Shown here piece by piece: positions 1-9,254 of a DNA stretch of 64,000 nucleotides. The DNA lies in the NCBI GenBank assembly GCA_040377305.1, contig JBEIPA010000023.1, forward strand, positions 13,584 to 77,583, read 5' to 3'. Numbering within the stretch: the stretch's first letter is position 1; each line of letters starts with the position of its first letter. Made by a program: the position numbers and the translations under genes. This DNA comes from Flavobacteriales bacterium. GTDB lineage: Bacteria; Bacteroidota; Bacteroidia; Palsa-965. The notes beneath the pieces were generated by a model. The model saw only the letters and a program-made list of their open reading frames with translations, did no database searches and was not told the origin of the DNA.

Positions 1-479
1 GTTGCAGCTGCTCGTTCAGCAGCACTTTCAGTCGTGGATCGCAAAACCACAGAATTGATCGTAAGACCACCGATTATACCGAAACGGAATTTCTCACTAT
101 TCACCAGATAAGTTCCCATCATTAGTTCGAACCCGCGATTCTTAATGATATAGCTTAAATCAAGAGTATTACCTGCCGAATCTGTTCCTTCAACGTGCAC
201 ATTGGTTTTAAATCCTGAAAGATTGTATTGTAAAATCAAACGCTCCGAACTGACACCAATGCCAATTGAGGCTCCGTACCGCCGTGGAATCACATCTGCT
301 TTCTGTGTAAGCCATGGGCGTAATTCATTAAACTCTGAAAACAAATTCTTATACCCTGTCCATTCGCCGGAACCGATAGCGAAACCTATGTTCAGTGACG
401 CACCGTCATTAACTTGTGCTCTGGCACTGATCACGGCAAGAAAGAAGACGAAACCAAGAAGTGTCCTTTGAATTTTCAT
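1..479 (-). CDS. Exported protein, probable outer-membrane beta-barrel (partial, runs off window start)
   Basis: ATG at 479-477. My translation begins MKIQRTLLGFVFFLAVISARAQ (signal peptide, Gln after cleavage site), followed by alternating hydrophobic strands. Frame stays open to position 1. Not in the ORF track. Confidence 0.65.
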   Translation of the reverse strand, partial: MKIQRTLLGFVFFLAVISARAQVNDGASLNIGFAIGSGEWTGYKNLFSEFNELRPWLTQKADVIPRRYGASIGIGVSSERLILQYNLSGFKTNVHVEGTDSAGNTLDLSYIIKNRGFELMMGTYLVNSEKFRFGIIGGLTINSVVLRSTTESAAERAAA

Positions 480-823
480 ATCCAGGTATTAAGTTGATTC
501 GGATAAAGATGAAAAATTATATTGGTGTGGAGAATAGCCAATTCGTGTGACTTCAAGGCGAATTTCATTCCCATGCAGAAGCAAAACTCAAAACCATTTT
601 CGTATCGATGAGAATCCCGGTAAACTCCGATAATCCTGATTTCCAAAAGATGAACTATTACTGAACATTTCGGACCTATACCAGGCCTTTGCGTATCCAG
701 CAGACAGAGGAGAATCCTGGTACCTAGGCAAATTTGATTTTTTCGCAATAAGCCCCCGCCTTATTATTACTGAACAGTGTAATTCGCCATTTTTGTCTAG
801 AAAAAGTACTATTTTTGCTAAGT

Positions 824-1195
824 ATGAATCAACCTTTTACCGTTGAACGTGGAGATCGCTACACTTTAATCAAAGTGTCGGCAGATAAACTGGACACACT
901 GGTTGCGCCAGCGTTGAAATCTGAGCTCGTGGTGCTGAATGCTGATGGCGTTCGTAACCTGATTATTGATCTCGGAGAAACACGCTATTGCGATTCTTCC
1001 GGATTGAGCTCCATTCTCGTTGCAAATCGTCTTTGCAAAAACGCCAACGGAACTCTGGTACTTTCCGGACTACAGGATCCTGTTAAAAAACTGATTGCAA
1101 TTTCTCAGTTGGATTCTATATTAAAAATTACATCGGGTGTAGCTGCCGCCATTGATGCGATCGTAGCTGCTGATGTTGAGAATAACGCTGATTAA
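824..1195 (+). CDS. STAS-domain anti-sigma factor antagonist
   Basis: Motif LIIDLGETRYCDSSGLSSILVANR. ATG at 824 lies 6 nt after TATTTTTG (810-817). Confidence 0.9.
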   Translation: MNQPFTVERGDRYTLIKVSADKLDTLVAPALKSELVVLNADGVRNLIIDLGETRYCDSSGLSSILVANRLCKNANGTLVLSGLQDPVKKLIAISQLDSILKITSGVAAAIDAIVAADVENNAD

Positions 1196-1211
1196 CTCCC
1201 AACATTTTTTC

Positions 1212-1982
1212 ATGAAAAAACTTTACTTCATTTCCATTCTTGCGCTGTCTTCTATCGCCGCTGGTGCACAGTGTGTGATCAACCAAAGTGTATTTTCAGG
1301 CCCGAACGATTACCGTATTCTTCCGGACACAGTAACTAACATACCATGGGCAACAGTGACTGTACCTTATTCAACTGACCTTCAGTTTCACGTTGATCCC
1401 GATACAGTAACTCCGCTTGGAACTTTCCCAATTGTGCAGGTACAAATCGACAGCATCGTTGGCATTCCGGCAGGTTTCTCGTACTCTACGAATCCAGTAA
1501 ATGGAACCTTCCCTGGTGGAAGCTATGGTTGCGCGAACTTTACCGGCCTTGCAACTGCAGGACAGGAATTGGGCGGACCAAATTCTGACGGTGCATATCC
1601 AGTCGTGATTCATTTCACAGCAACTGTGAACGTGTTCAGTGTACCTCAGGAGTTTCCTGCAACAAAAACAGGTTACATTCTACACATTCAGGCTGCGAAC
1701 AACGTTCCATCTGTAACTGGTGTAAACTTCACAGTTAGCCAGAGCGCACCGAACCCTGCAGATTCAAAAGCAGATTTTGTGTACATGAACCCATCAAACG
1801 GAAATGTGCAGTTCACTTTGTATAACATCCTTGGTGAGAATGTACGTTCAACAACATTGAGCGCTACAAAAGGCGAAAACCGCTACTCACTGAACACTTC
1901 TGATCTTCCTGCAGGAGTTTACCTGTATACATTCCGTTCAGGTACTTCAACAGTTACACGCAGGATGACTGTGTCGCACTAA
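1212..1982 (+). CDS. T9SS type A sorting-domain secreted protein
   Basis: Signal peptide MKKLYFISILALSSIAAGAQ. C-terminal domain QSAPNPA...LYNILGENV...LPAGVYLY...TRRMTVSH. Confidence 0.85.
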   Translation: MKKLYFISILALSSIAAGAQCVINQSVFSGPNDYRILPDTVTNIPWATVTVPYSTDLQFHVDPDTVTPLGTFPIVQVQIDSIVGIPAGFSYSTNPVNGTFPGGSYGCANFTGLATAGQELGGPNSDGAYPVVIHFTATVNVFSVPQEFPATKTGYILHIQAANNVPSVTGVNFTVSQSAPNPADSKADFVYMNPSNGNVQFTLYNILGENVRSTTLSATKGENRYSLNTSDLPAGVYLYTFRSGTSTVTRRMTVSH

Positions 1983-2911
1983 TGGCATCACGTTTCGAGC
2001 TTACTATCCTCGGAACGAGTTCCGCTACTCCCACTTCAAAAAGATTTCCGACAGCTCAGGTACTCAATGTATCTGAGCGTCTTTTTTTGATCGACTGCGG
2101 AGAAGGAGCTCAGATTCAGTTGCGTCGCTACCACGTGCGGTTCCAGCGAATCAATCATATTTTCATCAGTCACTTGCACGGAGATCATTTCTTCGGATTG
2201 ATGGGTCTGATTTCTTCCTTACACCTTCTTGGCCGACAAAAGAACCTCACCATCTATTCTCCGAAAGGATTGCGCGAGATTGTAGAACTGCAACTGAATT
2301 ACACCGGCACAGTTCTGAGCTACCAGATTGATTGGGTCGAGCTCGATACAAATAAACCGAAGTTGATCTACGAAGATTCGCAGGTTGAAGTGAGCACCAT
2401 CATTCTCCATCACCGCATTGCGTGTTGCGGATTCCTGTTCCGTGAAAAGGAAAGACCATTGTCTCTCATTAAAGAGAAACTCCAGGAGTATGGCGTTCCG
2501 GTAGTATTATATCACGCACTAAAACGCGGTGAAGATATAACCCTTGAAGATGGCCGCGTTTTACAGAATAAAGAACTTACACGCGAACGTGCCAAGCCTC
2601 GCAGCTACGCCTATTGCTCGGATACGCGCTACAATCTGAAAGTTGCAGAAGCGGTGAAGGAAGTCGACTTACTGTATCATGAAGCAACCTTTCTGCATGC
2701 GTTGATCGACAGGGCGGAGAAGACAGCACACTCAACTGCACTCGAAGCCGGCAAGATTGCCGCGATGGCCAAAGTTGGTAAGCTGCTGATTGGGCATTAT
2801 TCAGTCAGATATAATGACCTGGAACCTTTGCTTACTGAAGCGCGTTCAGAGTTCCCTGAAACTCAACTTTCTGAAGAAGGCATGACGATCTCAGTTGGTA
2901 ACTGGGCATAG
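1982..2911 (+). CDS. rnz: Ribonuclease Z
   Basis: LGTSSATPT, DCGEG, SHLHGDH, YCSDT, HEATF, HST and GHYS motifs of RNase Z. Confidence 0.95.
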   Translation: MASRFELTILGTSSATPTSKRFPTAQVLNVSERLFLIDCGEGAQIQLRRYHVRFQRINHIFISHLHGDHFFGLMGLISSLHLLGRQKNLTIYSPKGLREIVELQLNYTGTVLSYQIDWVELDTNKPKLIYEDSQVEVSTIILHHRIACCGFLFREKERPLSLIKEKLQEYGVPVVLYHALKRGEDITLEDGRVLQNKELTRERAKPRSYAYCSDTRYNLKVAEAVKEVDLLYHEATFLHALIDRAEKTAHSTALEAGKIAAMAKVGKLLIGHYSVRYNDLEPLLTEARSEFPETQLSEEGMTISVGNWA

Positions 2912-2957
2912 TTCAAAAAAATCGACAAGTATCATTTGGAATTCCCGATCTGAACAC

Positions 2958-2993
2958 TAGTTTTGTACCGTTATTTATATTTAGTCTAAATAA
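2958..2993 (+). promoter_or_regulatory. -7 promoter followed by a 23-bp AT-rich palindromic operator
   Basis: TAGTTTTG at 2958-2965, then TTATTTA-tatttagtc-TAAATAA at 2971-2993, ending 2 nt before the ATG. Confidence 0.55.
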
Positions 2994-2995
2994 AC

Positions 2996-3664
2996 ATGGC
3001 GATTCGCATTCTATTGATTCACAACCACTTTCTGGTTCGCGCGGGACTCAAAAACCTGATTTCGGGTAATGCTGAGCTTGAATTTGCAGGAGAGTTGGAA
3101 AGTGTTGAGCAGGTTTCCGGCTGTAAGGCGAAGAATGTGGATGTGGTCGTGTTCAATTTCAAGGATCTCGAAACCGGGATTGTGAACATGCCGAAGTATC
3201 AGTCCTTGTTTCCAAATGCAAAGTTCCTTTCGATTTCATACATGCCTTCACGCTTCGAAGTGACTGAAGGATTGACCAAAGGTGTACTGAGTTTCCTGCT
3301 TCCTGATTGTGACAGCGAGGAAATTACGGAGTCGCTTAAGGCAACGGCTGCAGGTGAACAATTCTTCTGCGGAAAGATTCTTTCTCAAGTCATGCAGTCG
3401 CAAGACGAGGCTATTCCAGCTTCTGAATTTGTATGCGACGGTATCAAAATTTCTTCACGCGAATCAGAGATCATACGTCTTGTTGCAGAAGGATTGACGA
3501 ACAAAGAAATCGCAGATCGTTTGTTCCTGAGTGCGCACACAGTTACCACGCATCGCAAGAATATTATGGCGAAGCTTGGCGTAAATAACACGGCAGGACT
3601 GGTGTTGTTTGCAATCCGTAACAGCATTGTAACGCCGAACCACTTCCTTTTCAGCGGCAATTAA
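2996..3664 (+). CDS. NarL/LuxR-family response regulator with degenerate receiver domain
   Basis: C-terminal ISSRESEIIRLVAEGLTNKEIADRLFLSAHTVTTHRKNIMAKLG is a LuxR HTH. N-terminus has a receiver-like layout. Confidence 0.9.
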   Translation: MAIRILLIHNHFLVRAGLKNLISGNAELEFAGELESVEQVSGCKAKNVDVVVFNFKDLETGIVNMPKYQSLFPNAKFLSISYMPSRFEVTEGLTKGVLSFLLPDCDSEEITESLKATAAGEQFFCGKILSQVMQSQDEAIPASEFVCDGIKISSRESEIIRLVAEGLTNKEIADRLFLSAHTVTTHRKNIMAKLGVNNTAGLVLFAIRNSIVTPNHFLFSGN

Positions 3665-3797
3665 TCATTTCAACATTTGTGTATGGATAACGTTCTGGCG
3701 ATCAAAACGTCGGCTTTCAGCTATTCGGTACTTTTCAGGGTGAGTAATCCGGGCGTTTAGTCAGGATTCACGATTGCCATACTGAAAATAAAATCGA

Positions 3798-4643
3798 ATG
3801 AGTAAAATCCTGATTGCCGATAGCGGTTCAACAAAGACCGAATGGACTCTTCTCGAAGATAACCTGGTTGTGAAGTCTCTTTACACAGAAGGCATCAATC
3901 CCAATCAGGCGAAAGACGAAGTGATTGCGAAGATGCTGCTCAAAACAGAATTGCGTAGTTGGGCACCCACACACATTCACTTTTATGGTTCTGGATGCGG
4001 TAGTGCAGGAGGTAAGGCGATTGTAAAAAGTGCGTTCGATGCAATTTTCACTTCTGCACAAATAACCATTGAATCCGATTTGTTTGCTGCGGCCCGCGCA
4101 TTGTGCGGTTCAGAAAAAGGAATAGTTGCTATTATGGGTACGGGCTCTTCTTCGTGTTTGTACGATGGAGTAAAGATTGTGGAGCAACGTCCTTCACTCG
4201 GATTCATTCTGGGCGATGAAGGGAGCGGAGCTGTTCTCGGAAAAATGTTCATCCGCAAATTATTATACGGTGAACTTCCGAAAGAAATGACCGAAAAGTT
4301 TTACGAAGAGTTCCCGATTGATAAGGATGCGATCATCGCTCGTGTTTACCGGGAGGCTTACCCGAATCGGTTCCTGGCAACATTTGCCGAATTCATAGCA
4401 CAGTACAAACATCAGGCGGCTATCAACGAAATCATCCGGGAGAATTTCAACTCATTCATTAGATCGCATCTGTCTCGCTATACAAATGCAAAAGAATATC
4501 CCATTCACTTCACCGGTTCAGTAGCGCATCACTTTTCAGAAGAGATGTTCGGACTTCTGCGATGGAATGGATATGTACCGGGCACAGTAGAGCAATCGCC
4601 AATGGGAGGTTTGATTCGTTATCATCAACACAACCAGAAATGA
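3798..4643 (+). CDS. BadF/BcrA-type ATPase, N-acetylglucosamine kinase-like
   Basis: ILIADSGSTKTEW, FYGSGC, IMGTGS and LGFILGDEGSG motifs. Confidence 0.88.
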   Translation: MSKILIADSGSTKTEWTLLEDNLVVKSLYTEGINPNQAKDEVIAKMLLKTELRSWAPTHIHFYGSGCGSAGGKAIVKSAFDAIFTSAQITIESDLFAAARALCGSEKGIVAIMGTGSSSCLYDGVKIVEQRPSLGFILGDEGSGAVLGKMFIRKLLYGELPKEMTEKFYEEFPIDKDAIIARVYREAYPNRFLATFAEFIAQYKHQAAINEIIRENFNSFIRSHLSRYTNAKEYPIHFTGSVAHHFSEEMFGLLRWNGYVPGTVEQSPMGGLIRYHQHNQK

Positions 4644-4735
4644 TTTGAAAATTTGAATATTCGAAAATTTGAGATGACCAAGGTTTTCCAATAGTCCCCC
4701 GATTTTCAAATCTTCAAATCTCGAATCTTCGAATT
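4644..4735. repeat. Inverted cassette of degenerate 8-mer tandem repeats (TTYGAARA family)
   Basis: TTTGAAAA TTTGAATA TTCGAAAA TTTGAGAT at 4644-4675. Complementary arm ATTTTCAA ATCTTCAA ATCTCGA ATCTTCGA at 4702-4735. Confidence 0.8.
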
Positions 4736-5141
4736 ACTTCTTAGTGGAGAAGTACTTTTTTAATGGTGTCCAATAGAAATCCTTCCATCCCGTCACAAAA
4801 TTCTTTGCAATCGCAACCGGAACTTCTTCGTGAAGAAAATTAATTTTCGTGCCGCCTTTTACTTCCCTTAACTCGAAGGTAATTTTCGATTCGTGTCCTG
4901 CAGGCCATTTGTCTTCCATCGCAATCCACGTCTGCACGATCGACTTGCCCGGCTTGAGTTCAACGTTTCTGCCAATGATGTAGCCGTCGTAAGTATAATA
5001 TGCATCACCAACTTTCTTACCCATTTTTGCTTGTGCTCCTGTAAACTTTGAATGTTTTGCAGACGACATAAGTGCGGAGTAAACTTCTTTCGGAGAAGCA
5101 GGAATGGTGGTGGATTGTTTGATTGTGGTGGTTTTACTCAT
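4734..5141 (-). CDS. SRPBCC/AHSA1-like domain protein
   Basis: PASPKEVYSAL...IVQTW...W...SKITFEL...GGTKINFLHEEVP...GWKDFYW pattern. Confidence 0.85.
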   Translation of the reverse strand: MSKTTTIKQSTTIPASPKEVYSALMSSAKHSKFTGAQAKMGKKVGDAYYTYDGYIIGRNVELKPGKSIVQTWIAMEDKWPAGHESKITFELREVKGGTKINFLHEEVPVAIAKNFVTGWKDFYWTPLKKYFSTKK

Positions 5142-6522
5142 TGGGTAGGGGTTGGTAGGGGTTGGTGGACAATTGAAAATACTCTGGGTTCAATTCTGAA
5201 ACCGGCAAACAAATTGAAGTGGTTACACGTGCGCTTGTTGGGTCACATCCTTCTTTGTCGAGCGTGATTGTTACACACTTGTCGTACTTGAATTTGGAAT
5301 AGATTAGCGTTTCAACTCCCAGCGCCCATGGAACAAGAATAATTTCCTTGTTCGCAACAGATTCATCGAGAATGTATTTATCGCCCGGACCAGCCATTGC
5401 TTTCTGCACCAATTCATCGAGATAGGCTACGCGTTTCTTGTACATGAGACAGCCAGCATTGATGTAGCGGATGCCGTTAAAAACAAAAAACAAAACAAAC
5501 ACAATCGGAATCCACTTCTGGTTTTTGTTGTGTTTAAACAAGAGATCAGCCAATACCAGATTAATCATAAAAAAAGTGGGCAGGAAAATTCTCTCGATCA
5601 TTATACTGGAATCTCCACTACGAAATGTTACAGATGCTATCGCTGTGTATCCTATTGCACCAATAACAAGACAAACTAACCTGAGGTAATCCTTCTTGAT
5701 CACCAACCAAACTCCAGCTACCAATGCTGCAAGTTCGGGCAACCAATAAAAGTGCGTGAAATGAATTTTCAGAAAGTTTAATGCACCACTTGAAAAAAGT
5801 GATTCTGACCCGGAAGTTGAAGACAATTTTTGAAACTGTGCTTCATCGTAAGGGTTGGCCGGAAAAAACAAATTCAGCAGAATAACCAATACAATAATGC
5901 CTGCAACAAGATAAATTGAGGGATTATTCAATTGCCGAATGTGGATGGCGAAATATGCAATTACAAATGCCGCAGAGAAAATTCCAAGGGGGTGCGCATA
6001 CAAAACTAATAGCGTTACAAACGTAATGATGATCAGTTTCAATCTATTGTTTTTGAATTCAAACATCAGTACAGCGTAAAGTAGTGCACTATATACAAAA
6101 CACTGGTGCGTTTCAGAGACCGTGTGCAGAAATGCTTCACGCACTCCAACTACCATCCCTAAAATTATGACCAACCCTGCCACAGGACTCTTCAGTTTAT
6201 ATGTGCAAATCCGCCAAACAACGTAGTAGAGAAGTATGTAACTGGTCGAAAATATATAAACGAGCGTTTTAAACGGCAGGTGCATTTTGGTTGCAAACCA
6301 CAACAATAGTTCCGAAAAAAACGCAGAATATCGATTCCCGGGGAAAGTAAGCTGTTCACCATTGATTCGCTCGAATGAAAGCCACGCAGAGTCGACATAA
6401 GTTATTCTTTCGGCTGCATACACAATCGAAAATGCGAGCATGCCTAAAAAGAATACGTGTCCGAAAATTTTGTGGAACCCCACAAAATTCAAACGTGAAG
6501 ATGTGCCGACTTCGTGGTCCAT
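5134..6522 (-). CDS. Polytopic membrane protein, possibly GT-C-like
   Basis: About 10-11 hydrophobic segments, a YVD-containing first loop and a soluble C-terminal region. Confidence 0.7.
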   Translation of the reverse strand: MDHEVGTSSRLNFVGFHKIFGHVFFLGMLAFSIVYAAERITYVDSAWLSFERINGEQLTFPGNRYSAFFSELLLWFATKMHLPFKTLVYIFSTSYILLYYVVWRICTYKLKSPVAGLVIILGMVVGVREAFLHTVSETHQCFVYSALLYAVLMFEFKNNRLKLIIITFVTLLVLYAHPLGIFSAAFVIAYFAIHIRQLNNPSIYLVAGIIVLVILLNLFFPANPYDEAQFQKLSSTSGSESLFSSGALNFLKIHFTHFYWLPELAALVAGVWLVIKKDYLRLVCLVIGAIGYTAIASVTFRSGDSSIMIERIFLPTFFMINLVLADLLFKHNKNQKWIPIVFVLFFVFNGIRYINAGCLMYKKRVAYLDELVQKAMAGPGDKYILDESVANKEIILVPWALGVETLIYSKFKYDKCVTITLDKEGCDPTSARVTTSICLPVSELNPEYFQLSTNPYQPLPNE

Positions 6523-6533
6523 TCAGCAATCAA

Positions 6534-7994
6534 TCAATGTGATACTACAAATGTACCACCTGAACTCATCCCAGTTTGATCAATTACTTGATAATGATAA
6601 ATGCCACTCTCAAGTTGCGAAACATCGCAGGTTAATTGAACACAATTTGAACTGATTTGATTTCTTGTGAAACCTTCAGATGCATTCACAAGTCTTCCGG
6701 ACGCGTCATAAATATTCACATCCAAATTGTTAGATAAGTTGTTCTTACTATCAAGCGTAAATACGATGTTGTCTGATGAAGGGTTGGGATATGCCGTTGC
6801 CGTGAAGTTAGATACAACAGGTTCCCGAACAGCAAGTACAATGGTGGTGACACCAAACGTATCCGTTTTCACCAAGTATACATTAGATTGAAAAGCACCA
6901 TAGCCATTTGTAGAACCACACATTATATAACCACCATCATGAGAAACATCGATTCCAAATCCTTCATCAAGCGAGGCAGTACCATAACTATAACTGGCCC
7001 AAGTTACTGTATGAAACATCATCATGTCACCAGCTCCAGCTCCAATGGTAAAATTGCTCCCAACTGCTGCCGCAGTACCTTCCGGGCGAGTTACAATATC
7101 GTAGAAGTATTCATCGTCACCACCACCAAAAGTGGAGTTCAGTATGCTATCTCCATTAAATGCCCAGAGACTAAAATAGGGATCGTCATTCCCAGGGGAA
7201 GTTTCACGGTTACCACAGAAATACAGTATTCCAAATGGCGTTGAACTTGTAATTCCATAAGCTTTGTCCGCTTCATTATTAAAATGTGCGGTTGTCGACC
7301 AGAGTGTATCTCCATTGATATCATCAATATTCAATATCCAACTGTCGCCAAGTGTATCTCCTAAACTATAAGTCCATCCACAAGCCGCAAACGTAGAGTC
7401 TGGCATAACACAAATGCTTCTCGCTTCGTCTTGTTTCAATCCACCGTAGGTGCGCATCCATACTAAGTTCCCAAGTGAGTCCAGTTTAAGAAAAAGCATA
7501 TCTTCATCTCCTTGACCCGCTCCATAAGTTCCGCCAGCTAAGACGAAGCCGCTGTCGGATGTCACGGCTACATCATAAAAGAAGTCCCATTCAATTGTTT
7601 CAAACGTATAAGTCCAAAGTGTATCTCCGTTTTTGTCAAGACGAAGCACCCAGCCATCGTAGCCTCCATTCCCAAATGAGTTTGAGTAACCCGCAGCAAT
7701 AAATCCTGAATCACTCAGTAATTCAATGGACCGGATGATATCGACGTTAACTCCACCATAATACTTGCTCCACATTACCAAACCTAGACTATCAGTGCGC
7801 ACGAGATATGCATCCGCTGGTCCTGAAACAGAAGTAGTGCCGGCAACAATGTAACCTTGATCGAGACAAGACTTAACACCATAACCAGCTTCAACCCCTA
7901 TACTCCCGTACACTTGCTGCCATTGCTCAGCGGTCTGGGAGTTAGCAACTGTGCTTAATACGAGGGCTTGTAACATGAGTATTATCTTCTTCAT
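6534..7994 (-). CDS. T9SS type A secreted beta-propeller repeat protein
   Basis: Signal peptide. Repeats of DxGyIxAG...DxyLvktDslG...W.ktYGG. C-terminal AYPNPS...IYDASGRLV...LESGIY. Confidence 0.88.
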   Translation of the reverse strand: MKKIILMLQALVLSTVANSQTAEQWQQVYGSIGVEAGYGVKSCLDQGYIVAGTTSVSGPADAYLVRTDSLGLVMWSKYYGGVNVDIIRSIELLSDSGFIAAGYSNSFGNGGYDGWVLRLDKNGDTLWTYTFETIEWDFFYDVAVTSDSGFVLAGGTYGAGQGDEDMLFLKLDSLGNLVWMRTYGGLKQDEARSICVMPDSTFAACGWTYSLGDTLGDSWILNIDDINGDTLWSTTAHFNNEADKAYGITSSTPFGILYFCGNRETSPGNDDPYFSLWAFNGDSILNSTFGGGDDEYFYDIVTRPEGTAAAVGSNFTIGAGAGDMMMFHTVTWASYSYGTASLDEGFGIDVSHDGGYIMCGSTNGYGAFQSNVYLVKTDTFGVTTIVLAVREPVVSNFTATAYPNPSSDNIVFTLDSKNNLSNNLDVNIYDASGRLVNASEGFTRNQISSNCVQLTCDVSQLESGIYHYQVIDQTGMSSGGTFVVSH

Positions 7995-9253
7995 CAGAAC
8001 GCGTAGCTAAATTTTACAAAAGCTCCTCCGGCAGCAAGAGCCGACGGATTGAACAGTGAAAGTGCATTGGTTGTTCCAACCTCCAAACAGGTTTGACGCA
8101 ACGCATAAATTTCTGCTTTGAGCGGAACTTGTAATCTTCCGTAACCGCCGTATGCAATTCCTCCGCTAACCATGAATTCATCTGCCCGCCAACCCGTGGT
8201 GAGTGCACCGTAAGGAATTGCTTCTGACCACATCGGTACTGCAACTTGCGCTTTCAGCATGACGCGGGAAACACAAAACCAACGCGTGTACATGGCGCGC
8301 GCAACAGAAGGAAGGAAAATGCTGCGGTGAAATTCGGTTGTGTCGCTCTTGATGAAATCGTTTTCTTCCGGAAGTTCAGCAACGTAATTCGGATCGAGGA
8401 AATAGGGAGTTACATCAACGCCGGACCATTCGAAAGAGGTGTCGACATACTGGTGAATGGTTTTGTTGTTCCAATTGATGAATCCGAAATCAATCAGATC
8501 AAAGCGAACCATGTGGAAATTTCCTCGCGGCAATAAATCCCACCAGATCCAGGAAATGTCGACCGAAGTTCCGATTCCGTTCAAAGCAAATGCAGAAGTG
8601 TTCGCGGTGTCTGATGACCAATAATCGGCGGAGACAGAACTTGTCAGATTCAATCCTTGCGAATCGGTATATAGCTTTCCGTATTCTATGTCGGCCTGAT
8701 TGTAACGATGTCCGGCAAGCAACGAGAATGCAAATGAAACGGTTCCATTTGGTTGCGGTGTTGTGTAACCGAATTGCAATTGCGTCCAGCTCATGGAAGT
8801 AAATCGGGTGCGACTGAAATCGGCTTCTTCTCCTTTAAAGCGTGTGTTGCCTTGAAACGCCAGACGAAATGCATCATCACTGAATGTGCCGGTGATATTG
8901 TTCTTGCTCTTTAACGCTAAGCTCCACGATTCACCACTGGTGTCTTTCACGTGTTGTGAATACATAATCCCCAGGGTTGTTTGCACACCAAAACGATTCT
9001 TCGGAAGTAGTGTTGCCGCAGATTTCTCCATGAACGCAGAATCCATGTAACCACCCTGATAAAGATTGGTCATGAACTCGTTACTCACACCGTCGCAACC
9101 GTAAGCAAAGCTTCCTTCACCCATTACGAATCGCTTCGCCCAGGTACTGTCGCGCATTTGACCATTCACATACGGGTAATCATACCAGAAGTTCTGCGCG
9201 AACAAGGCCGGACAAACTATTACCACTAACAACGTTGCGAGAAGCTTTCTCAT
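7994..9253 (-). CDS. Outer-membrane beta-barrel protein (DUF5723-like)
   Basis: Signal peptide with Gln after cleavage, GIGTSVD...LIDFGFINW motif and C-terminal Phe (KFSYAF). Confidence 0.65.
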   Translation of the reverse strand: MRKLLATLLVVIVCPALFAQNFWYDYPYVNGQMRDSTWAKRFVMGEGSFAYGCDGVSNEFMTNLYQGGYMDSAFMEKSAATLLPKNRFGVQTTLGIMYSQHVKDTSGESWSLALKSKNNITGTFSDDAFRLAFQGNTRFKGEEADFSRTRFTSMSWTQLQFGYTTPQPNGTVSFAFSLLAGHRYNQADIEYGKLYTDSQGLNLTSSVSADYWSSDTANTSAFALNGIGTSVDISWIWWDLLPRGNFHMVRFDLIDFGFINWNNKTIHQYVDTSFEWSGVDVTPYFLDPNYVAELPEENDFIKSDTTEFHRSIFLPSVARAMYTRWFCVSRVMLKAQVAVPMWSEAIPYGALTTGWRADEFMVSGGIAYGGYGRLQVPLKAEIYALRQTCLEVGTTNALSLFNPSALAAGGAFVKFSYAF

Positions 9254-9254
9254 A

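Noticed and set aside
202-748. ORFs 202-471 (+) and 476-748 (-)
   Set aside because: The first is antisense to the real partial gene 1-479. The second has a weak start, no recognisable features, and spans a divergent promoter region.
5143-5168. GGGGTTGGTA-like short tandem repeat
   Set aside because: Only about 2.5 units, explained by the coding sequence TNPYQPLPN.
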